A DNA stretch of 64,000 bases from a virus, in the IMG/VR virus record IMGVR_UViG_3300013772_000002, positions 40,817 to 104,816 of that record, one strand, 5' to 3'. How positions within the stretch are numbered: position 1 is the first letter of the stretch; every line of letters starts with the position of its first letter. Positions 19,201-29,500 of this stretch are shown here, in pieces. The position numbers were made by a program, and so were the translations under genes. A model generated the notes under the pieces. It was given only the letters and a program-made list of their open reading frames with translations, searched no databases and was not told the DNA's origin.

Positions 19201-20548
19201 TGCACTTGGTCCTGTCCCCACACTTCATCTTGACCACCACGGCTTACCCGTGGCGTTTGGAGACGTGCCAGCGGGGGCATATAGGATCATCACCCTTCTC
19301 GAGGGTCCCCTGACGGGAAAGGACATCCTCATCCGTAAACGCCCCGATAACGCCGTCGATCTCTTTCTCGTCCCCGAGAACAAGATTGGCAAATCCCTGC
19401 GCCTCGATGGTATCGGTCACGAACCTGATCGGGAACCGCTAGAGAAGACCTTTATCGAGCATCTCGGTTCTCACCTTGCCGCCCAATCCGCCGCAAAGAC
19501 CGTCGCTCCGACGCCGCCGCCACAGGCATCGTCAACATGGACGAGTACGAACAAGCCGACACATATAGCGCACGTCTCATTGCCATCAGGACAGACAAAA
19601 TACATCGGTATGCACGGCACTCCCATGCCTGATCTCGAGTCGTATAAGATTGGCAATCCCGCCGATCGTGCCGATGGTTCGATCGGTATCCGTAATGGGC
19701 AGAAGTTGGCGATGACGCCCGTTGAGCGCGCGACCAATCGTGCCTACGGCGTGACGAATCCGACTGCGGACCTCCCCTCCGCCCGGATCGGCACGAATGC
19801 GCAGGAGGCGGTCAGGCGGCGCGTCTCGCATCCTGACTTCCGGATGATCGACGAAACAGGTAAATCGAAGTCGGATCGTTGGGACGACATGGAACGCAAG
19901 GTATTGGCGGGCGGTCTGGTACCGAGCGACCATCCCTATCTCTCACCGCGCGCCTACATGGGCATTGGCCCTGACGGTCATGTCATTCATGTCGCCACCG
20001 CCGCGACGGAAAAGATGCGTCCCGAACTGCCGCAGTCTAGGGGCGAGAGCTATGCGTATGGCGAACATAGTCACAAGAGTACGGGCGACTACCCCGATCG
20101 CGGCCATGCCGACGATTTCCTCCATCATGCGATCTACAACCCCGCCTGGGTGACGATGCAGCGACGACATGGCAAGGACATCATGTACCGTCACGTCTAC
20201 CCGCGCGCGGACGGCAAGAACAGCCAGTTGGAACATGACGCGCCGGGCGGCCTCACGTACGTAATGGAGCGCATCCGTCACCCTAATGACCCAAACGGTA
20301 ATCACTGGAACCTGCAGACCGTGATTACGAACCAGGGTTATAGTCGTCACCACCCAACCCACGATCAATACGTCGCGGAGTCACATCGTCTCGCTGACGA
20401 TAATCGTGGCGCGCGCTATATCCGCAGTAGCGAGAATCCGAATGACCCGGGCGTCCAGGCTGCCGTTGCCGCCAGCGCCAAGCGGTATGAGTACCTCTCA
20501 AACAAGAACTCTCCCAAGATTGCCGATCCAGACACGGGAGGGCGCTAA
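19193..20548 (+). CDS. hypothetical protein with a possible C-terminal PBECR-like RNase
   Basis: IGKSL/LEKTFIEH motifs, a Pro linker, and C-terminal HAIYNPAWV..IMYRHVY..TYVMERI..WNLQTVIT. Confidence 0.6.
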   Translation: MTDALGPVPTLHLDHHGLPVAFGDVPAGAYRIITLLEGPLTGKDILIRKRPDNAVDLFLVPENKIGKSLRLDGIGHEPDREPLEKTFIEHLGSHLAAQSAAKTVAPTPPPQASSTWTSTNKPTHIAHVSLPSGQTKYIGMHGTPMPDLESYKIGNPADRADGSIGIRNGQKLAMTPVERATNRAYGVTNPTADLPSARIGTNAQEAVRRRVSHPDFRMIDETGKSKSDRWDDMERKVLAGGLVPSDHPYLSPRAYMGIGPDGHVIHVATAATEKMRPELPQSRGESYAYGEHSHKSTGDYPDRGHADDFLHHAIYNPAWVTMQRRHGKDIMYRHVYPRADGKNSQLEHDAPGGLTYVMERIRHPNDPNGNHWNLQTVITNQGYSRHHPTHDQYVAESHRLADDNRGARYIRSSENPNDPGVQAAVAASAKRYEYLSNKNSPKIADPDTGGR

Positions 20549-23500
20549 TGCCCGTCACGCCGTCAACAATCCCACCGAACAATGTTCCCGTCCGCCTTGC
20601 CGCTAACGCGGCGCAGGGAACGGCGCCGACGATGGGGCAAATACACGGTATTAGTAATGACCTGAAATTGGTGCCATCTCCGAACGCGGGAAAGACTGAC
20701 CTCACTCCGGGCGTGCCTGGTGGCATGGTGCCGAAACTCGCCCTCAATCTTCCCCAACGTCCACGCATCACGGCTGATCCGGTCGAAGATCAGCCATCAG
20801 CCAATGCATTTCCGGTTGCCGGTGGTGGATCGCCTCCGCCTCCCGCCGGTTCCGCCGTGCATCGTGCGGTTCCCCGGCTCTTCGGCGGACTCAATAACGC
20901 CAATGACCTGCGTCTCGATTACGCCGCCGCCGTTCGTCATCCCGACGGCGACTGGTTCGCGGACGGCGGCTACGCCCCGCCCCGCGTCACCGACGACCCG
21001 CTCGCGAATCGCGCGTACGGCGCTCAGCGCGCCGCCGCCCACACAAGCGTTGCCCAGGGTGCGCCCGCCGCTTGGGTTGGTCCAGACGGCGCGGTCGGTC
21101 ATGGCATCTCGCTCCACGATCGCGAAGGTAACTTGATTGGTCATACAATGCGCCACTATCATGACGACGGCGCCGGTGGTATCGCGACACGCATGCACCC
21201 GATGACCCTCGCTCCAGGGATTAATCCGGCGGTCGCGCACCAGCACGCCCATGCCGAGGATCAATGGCTCAGGGGGCATGGCGTGACACGCAAGGAGCGG
21301 TCGGTCGGCGCCGGGCAAGAAGCACACGACGCGGCGCGCGAGGGCTACGACTTTGCCTCGCCTGCCCAGGGCTACAATGCGACACAGCGCTATCACCGCT
21401 ATCTGATGGAGCGCGGCCATACGCGGGCGATGAACGAGTGGCAAGATCGGTTGGCCGCCGAGGGGCGAGACGCGATGACGCCCAACGAAATCGTCACGCA
21501 CGCTCCCTTCCAGACACAGGTAACACAGCGCGGTGAAAACGGTCATGCCGAGGACTTTCCGACGGTCGGTGCGGGCACTGCCTACATGCTCGAACATCAG
21601 CAGCCCTATGAGGCGGTGCAAGATTTTGATTCGCCCGGCGATCGGATCGGCGTTGCCCAACGCGCCGTGGAAATGAGCAAGTCCCTTGCTCCTCCGCCGA
21701 TGCCGAAGATCGATGTCCATGCGGAGCCGCCGCGTGGCGCTTACCGCATTCCGCCCGTACCGAAACCGGCGCCCGCCCAGCCGAAAGCGGCGGAACCGTG
21801 GCATGGCACCGCTGAACGGGCGGCCGCGACCTGGCGCTCACCGACGCCTGAACCAGAAGGATGGGGCAAACCGAAGCCGCCGCCCGAGTCGGTCACTGGT
21901 CCTGCCGTCCATGGCGCGACTCCCTACGCCAACGTGACGCCAACGCATATTCCCCACGAACCGGATGCCCCGCCGGTCCACCAGATGACCCAGGCGGAAT
22001 TCCTCAAGACTGGCCACCTCCTCTACCCGAGCAGCGAAGATAATGGCTACGGGAACACCGCCCGTATGCGTCTGACGCCGGAGATTGGCGGCAACCTCAA
22101 TCGCTACGCCGAAGAGGTCGGCGGCGCATCAGTACGCGGCAGGCATCGCAAGGCGGGCAACAGCGACCCGACCGGCGGCGGTCGTCCTCCGGAGCACGCG
22201 GCGATCCAGACGGAGCGGCGCGCTGACCTTCGGGCGGCGATGGAGAAGCATGGCGTCCTCTGGCATCACGACGAGCAAGGCAATCCACAACGAATCGACA
22301 ACCTCGACGCCCTGCCCGAGCATATCCACGACAATGGCAACATCTTTGCCTTCCCGCCTGATGCGCCCAAGCAGGACGCGAAGACGGTCTGGGGCAGTGG
22401 CTTCCGCGCCGACCAGGGTCACTCCCCTTACAGCGACGAACCCGATACCAGCGAGGACATGACCGATAGTTATACCGCCGGTCATCACGGTAAAGTCGTC
22501 GACCATAACTTCCTCTTCGACGCCGACGATGACTTCGAGGAGAACGAGCACGAAGGGACACCCAAGAAGCCCGCGCCAGACCCCAAGGTCGTCCTGGCAC
22601 GTCGGGACATGATCGGCAACAATGGCAAGAAAGTCCATGCGAACCTCGTACGCGCGGCCCTCATGCACGGCGACGAGCATGTCCCCGACTCCGTGCTCGC
22701 CGACTATCCGGGGTTGCGCGAGAAAGTCGACGCGGAGCGGCTTGAGAAGTTCCGTCCGCAGATGGAATACAACGCCACCCTCCGCCCCCACCTCGACGAT
22801 TTTGCCGTCAAGGCGCGCAAATTTATCCAGAACAGCGTCGACAAGAAGATGGAAGGGCATCTCGCGGCCGTCAAGCGGGACAAGCCGAATCACATCCCCG
22901 AGTACGGTGATTTCGATACCCATCCCTCTGCCAGTGACCGTCGGCTGGCGGCGTTGGACTATGAGACCGTCGCCCCCTTCGACGTTCCGGATGCCCATGC
23001 GGCGATGGAGTCTTGGCCCAAGGGCGCGCGGGAGCTCCCGAAAGTCGGTCAACTCGCCAAGCACTACGACGCCCATGCCGCGCTGACGCGCCACCATAGT
23101 GGCGCGGACCTCTATCACTACACCGTCTCCCCCGGTCATTTCTCTGACTTCCAGCCGGAGCGCAAGACCGAATACGAACCGGAGACCTCCTCGCGCAACG
23201 CCACCTACCTCGCCGAGACCCCCTTCGGCGCGGCAACCGGCGGCCGGGGTGGCTCGGAGAACCCCGACCCCTACTGGGGGGACGTCCCCCCGGCGCACTC
23301 TAGTCCCCCACCCACACTGCCGCTCGTCGGTCACCCGGAACGCCGGGACTATTCGCATCCCGGCACACGCGTCTTTGCCGTCAAGCATCACGGTCTTCGC
23401 ACCTTGGGCGAGGACATCCCCAAGCATCCGATCGCCAACGAGGCTGAGTGGCATAGCCATCGCGCCCTGATCCGCCGACTGGCAGAGAAGCGCGATGCGA

Positions 23501-26500
23501 TCAAGGACCCGAAGGTACGCGAGCGCGCCAAAGAGCTGATCGAGCAGCATCGCTTGGGTCTGGACGGTCATGTCGATGCGACGCAATTCGCCATGCGCTG
23601 GCACGATGCGGAGAACCCCTTGACGCAGGCCGCGGCAAAGGCGCTCGGCTACAATAACCTGATCGTCGCCGATGAAACGGGTCACTCCTCTGCCGTCATG
23701 GATCAGTCGAAGATCAAGGTTGGGCAGCCCGTCGCCTCGATCTTGCGTGCCTACGAACCCGGCGATCTCGCCAAGACGCTCGTTCATAGTCTCGCACCCA
23801 ACGCCAAAAAGAATGATGAAACCTGGCGCGACCTCGTCACCCTCCGTGAGTTGGGCAAGGATGAACTCGACGAGCACATCGCACGTCACCAGGGCATTAC
23901 CAAGTCAGTGCCAGTCGCCCGACCCGGCACTGCCGCCCAGATACCAACGCCAACTTCACCGCCACATATACCGACACTTCCGACACAAACCGCAACGCCG
24001 ATTCCCAAACACACGTCAACCATCAGTCCGCCCGATGCACCGGGGGAAACGCTAGGTAAGCCCCCGAAAGACGAGAGGTCGATGGCCCAATATCTGAATT
24101 TTAAAGACCTCTATCACGGCACGGGCATGCCTCATTTGGAGCCCTCGATTCTGGATAGTAAAAAAGTTTCAGCAGGCAGTCTCTTTGGTCCCGGTATCTA
24201 TCTGACGGATAATCCGACAGTCGCCCAAGGATATGCGCGTGACTCAGAGGGAAAGACCGGATACGAGTATCCCACCGTCTATCATGGCAAAACGAACCTG
24301 CGCCGCGTCCTCGACCTGGAACAGCCCGCACCCAGACGCGTACGCACGCTCTTTCGCCGTGCCGCTGCAAAAGTGCCAGCGGGACATCACGCGTCATACC
24401 CCGAAGGGCAGATGGCCGATGCGCTGATCGACCCGGCGACAAAGACCGAAGATTTGTATAGGCATCTTTTGAACGCGCACTCATACGTTCCGCATAGCGA
24501 TGCCGACCATCCCTATCGCCAAGTCAACGACGAACTGGCGCGGATGGGCTATGACGGTCTGACGCATATGGGGGGAGGACGGCGGGGCGGTGGTAACATG
24601 CACCGCGTCGCGATCGTCCTCGATCCGCAGGGCAGGAATCGAAAGCGAGTGGCGATCTCGGTGAAAAAACTGATCCCCCAGTTCCAGGGGAATGAAGCGT
24701 CCCCATATCCGAACCTGCAATACGGAGCGGACGCGGTGAAACGGAAGCGGGCATATATCGAAGACCTGCACGAAACCGCACGTGATTTTCGCCAGAGCCC
24801 GGATGTCTGGAGTGTTCCCAGTGGTCAACCACGTTATTTGCGCGAAGCACTTGATGCCGTCAAAACGCGTCACGATCCACACGATACGATGCCGGATGGG
24901 TATGATCCGCGAAGATTACTGGCCCAGCAGGGCGGGATGTACGATTGGGCGCGCAACACCCTTGCTGGCGGGAAGTTGACCGGCAACGACGCTCATTTTC
25001 CCCACGATCACGACCTTCTCTGGGGACATAGCATCGTTGCCGATAAGGGGAAGGGTGGTCCCGAGCAAGCAGAGAATTACGATGCCCATCGTGACGAAAG
25101 CCAAAATGCGCTTAGGCGCGAAGCGCATCCCTGGCTGGCGCAAAGAATCATGGAGGCGGCCAAGCGCGACAAGTGGTTCACGCCACCGGATGAAGAAGCA
25201 ACGAAGACGCTTTCGGGCGGTCTCGCTGATATGCTGCTGAAGGCGCTGGTGCATACACCGTCATCACCGACGCCGCCGTCAATCGACCAGGCGCCGCATT
25301 CCGCCCGCCTGACCGCGCAATATGCCGCTGACCCGACGCAGATGACGCGTGCCCAGTTCCGCGCGCCGCCCCCCGTGGCTCCCGAGGGACGGCGGATGCT
25401 CTACCATGCGGTTCGCGATCCCGCCGTCATTCCCAACATTATCAACGAAGGACTGGACCCGACCCGGGCGCGCAGCGACATGGACGGAGGTAGCAATGTC
25501 ATCTGGTCGGCGGCGTCGCGCACGGGCTACGGACCGGAAGCGCACAAGGTCGCCTTCCATGTTCCCGAAGACGATCGCTCCGTCGAGCGTGCTGGCGGAC
25601 CTGGTGAGGATGCGCACTATCGTGTTACGCGTCCAATCCTCCCACATGAGATCGCACAGGTTGATCGTCCCTACCACACCGCCGTCTCAGGCGGCAATAC
25701 CCTCGGTGCCCAACGCGCGAGTCACTACGCCGATGCCTATCACGAGCACATCATCCAGGAAGCACTCGATCGTGGCGACCCGGTACCGGAGCATGTGCGC
25801 GCGGAGTACCCACACCTCTCTCCACCAGACAAAGAACCGACGACGTGGCGCGATAACGTCAACCTAACCCCTCTCGGTGACGACGAACTCAACGAGCATA
25901 TCGCTCGCCATGCCGAATTGAACAAGTCGATTCCACAAGCGCCACCTGGTACTGCGGCAACGCTGCCGCCTCCGAAGCCGCCCCCGACGACGACGCCCAC
26001 TCCGACCACGCCAATGGTGCCGCGCAAGGTCTCGCCTGCGAAAACCGACTGGCGCTCACTGGAAACGCCGCAGTCCGAGGAGCGAGCGATGGCGCAGCGC
26101 CTCAACCGGACCGACTTCTACCACGGCACGGGGATGCCGCACCTCGAACCGACTAACCTCGACAGTGGCAAGACGAAAGCCTCCGGACTCTACGGACCGG
26201 GCGTCTATATGACCGACAACCCCACCGTCGCTCAGGGATACGCAAAGGACTCAAGGGGCAAGGCGGGCTCCGAGTTCCCGGTCGTCTACCACGGGAAGAC
26301 AAATTTTCGGCGCGTCCTAGATGCCGATCGAGAAGCGCCGCGTCACGTCCGGGATATCTTTCGCAAGGTAGCGAAGCCGTTCACTGACGATGTTGACACT
26401 GACGCCGAGAAGTACGAGACCTTCGACGGGCACCTCAACGATCCCACAACGCCGACGACGAAGCTCTATCGCGCCCTGCGACCGATGATCGAAGACGTCG

Positions 26501-29500
26501 ACGACTACTCCGAGGAAGACCATCCGTTCCGCCAGGTCAATCGCGCACTTGCGAGTCACGGTTACGACGCGATTACCCATCTCGGCGGCGGTATTCGCGG
26601 CAACGTGCGTCACCGGGTCGCGATCGCCCTCGATCCGCAGCGCGAGGATCGCCAACGTCCCGTTTCGCCGATCAAGAAGCTCGAGCCGAAGTTTCAGGAG
26701 GGAGACGCATCGCATTACCCGAATCTGAACTACAGCTCGACGTTACATCAGAAATACCTCGACGAGTTGCATGCGACCGCCCGCGACTTCCGCTACCCTG
26801 GCAGCGCGCCGGACGCGGGGGATGCCACCGATGTAACGGACGCCCTCAGTCGTGTCAAGTACAAACATGACCCCGGAAATACCGCACCAGAGTCGGTCGA
26901 CGATCGCGGCGTGAGCATGACGACCAAGTTGCGGCGTCGTGCGCGACTCTACCATTGGGCGCGGGAGATAGAAGAGCAAGGACACGACGCCGATCTCCCT
27001 TTCGACGATGCCCAGGTGCCGAACGAACACGGCATGCTCTCGGGTCACGGCGTCGTTTCCCACGACAATCCCGACGAAGAGCAAGTACGCGAATACGAGA
27101 ACAAGCGGCAGGAGGGTGATCACTTCCGCGGACAACCGTCCTACCTTCGCATGGGCGCGCATCCTTGGCTTGCCAATCGGATCATGGAGACCGCCAAGCG
27201 CGACAAGTGGTTCGAGCCGCCAAAAGTGGAAGCAACGAAATCCTTCGCCGAACTCTTGCTCAAGACGTTCGTTCATACCCCCTTGACAGCGCCGTCCGGC
27301 CTCAGTGGTCGCTCCTTTGCTACCGTCCTCGTCACGTCACTCGACGGTAACCATGAGATACGCAAGGCGAGCGTCCCCCCGCCCCCCGCGTCCGTGCCGG
27401 CATCGACGGTTGTTGCCCACAACACGAACTGGTTCCGACGACCGTCAGGCGAGACGGGGACGACGGCAACCAAGACCGCAGCAATCAAGGCACAGGGCGG
27501 TCTGACACTCACCGGCAATAATAAGGCGCCGATGACGCAGGAATTCAACCGGCGGCTTGGGCGTGCCCCGGAATCGCTGTTTACGACGCGCACCGGGGAT
27601 AATACGCTCGACACGATGCGCGAGAATGGCATTCGTCCCGAAGCGTCGCTCGCTGAACATGCTGACGCGTTCCGCGATAAACTCTATCTGGGCATACCCC
27701 ATGATACCTACGGTCGGTTGAAGGTCGATGATATGTGGAGCCTGCCGAGTACGCGAGGGGCGTCACAAAACCCCGAGGCGATCGCCTCGGACCGCAGGGT
27801 CTACGAACAGAACCGCCGTCCACTTGCCGCGCACGATGCCTTTCATCGCGGAGTCAACCCAAAACACGGCGGAATCCGTGAGTACAACGAGATTCCAATC
27901 GACCGCACTGCACACCCAAGTGGTCATTTTCCCCTCGATCACCTCGCCTTCGGCCACGACATCGTTGAAGGCGCGCTCGCCGAGGACCCCCAAACGACCG
28001 TCCATGACTACCTTCATAAACATCTCGCGCCCCATCTCGCCGAGCGTTTTGGCTATCAACTCCCCGCCCACGATATCAGTGCTTTGGCCGGACTCGATGA
28101 TTCAGATTTCAGTGGCGTCCAGTACGACTATAACGGGCGCTCTCCACTGCCGATCGATCACTGGGACGGCGAAGAATTGCCACAGGGTATCAAAGACCTG
28201 GGTTGGCATACGCCGCAGGTCGAGAAATCGTTCGCCAAATCTAATGCTGCTCAGACAGGCGTGATGATCGGTCTCTGGGTGCCAAAAGAGGCTGCGGAGA
28301 AGTTGGCGATGCCGGACGGTGAAGAATCTGACGAATTACACATCACGCTCGCCTACCTTGGCAAATTAGGAGAGGACGTCGATCAACAGACAGTCACGCG
28401 TATGACAAATGCCGTCCGTCGTTGGGCAGCAAACCAATCTCCCTTTGTCGGCCATGTCGAGGACGGCGGCCGCTTCCCTGCCTCCGAAGGAAGTGACGGC
28501 AAGGACGTCCTCTTTGCCGTGCCGGAGATCGATGGGTTGCGCGAGGCGCGAACCGATCTCTGTCGACAATTGAAGAAAGCGAAAATAGAGTGGAAGCAGG
28601 ATCACGGATTCACGCCACACATAACCCTCGCCTACGTCGACCAGGGCGGGAAATGGCCTGCGGATGGTCCCGCCGAGACGCAACTGACATTCACACACGT
28701 TACGGTTTGCGCTGGACCTGACCGGACGGCGATCCCCTTCAAGGGTATCGCAAAGGTACATAAAGATGGGGCGATTGGCGAGGGTTGGGGAACCTATAAG
28801 AAAACGGGCGCGGTCAAAGCAGAGAAAATGGATGCCGCTTTCACAGTCGCAACGAAGGAAGGTAAGGCTTCCGGCAAAGCCGGGGATTATCGTGTTACCG
28901 GGATTGATGGCGAACAATGGCCGATCCCTGCCACTGACCTGTCGCGTTTCTATCGCCCAACGAAAGAGGCGGGCGTCTATCGTTCCGTCGGCACACCTGT
29001 GCGAGCAAAGAAGATGACCGAGACATTCACTGTCAAGATTGACAATGGAGAACAATTGCACGGTAAGATAGGCGATTATCTCATCGAGGGTAAGGATGGT
29101 GCGCGCTGGGTTGTTGACTCCCATATCTTTGCGCGCACGTACGAAGCCGTCACGGGCGTGTCGCTGGCAAAGACGCTGATCCACGCCATGTCTGGATCGT
29201 CCACCCCCGCCGTTCAAAGGTCACCAACCACACCGATCGCCGCACCCGCACCCGCAATGTCGCCGAAGGCGGAGAACGTTAACTATGCATCTCTTCCCAA
29301 GGAACACCCTTTCTGGGAGGGGAGCGACGATCATCTCTACCACTCCACTCCCGCAGATAACCTGCCGAGTATTGCGCGCCACGGTCTGCATACGAACATC
29401 CCATTCAATGACTACGAGGACGACGAGAACCCGGACGCACCAGGTGCGTGGCCGGAGGGCGGGAGTGAGCCGCGAACCTACTTCGGTGATAGCCCCCGTA

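Noticed and set aside
22129-23889. 586-aa minus-strand ORF and many other long antisense ORFs (e.g. 20797-21804, 37035-38117, 45798-46793, 13028-13990)
   Set aside because: They are shadows of GC-rich + strand genes, with no recognisable motifs, and they lie opposite well-supported genes.
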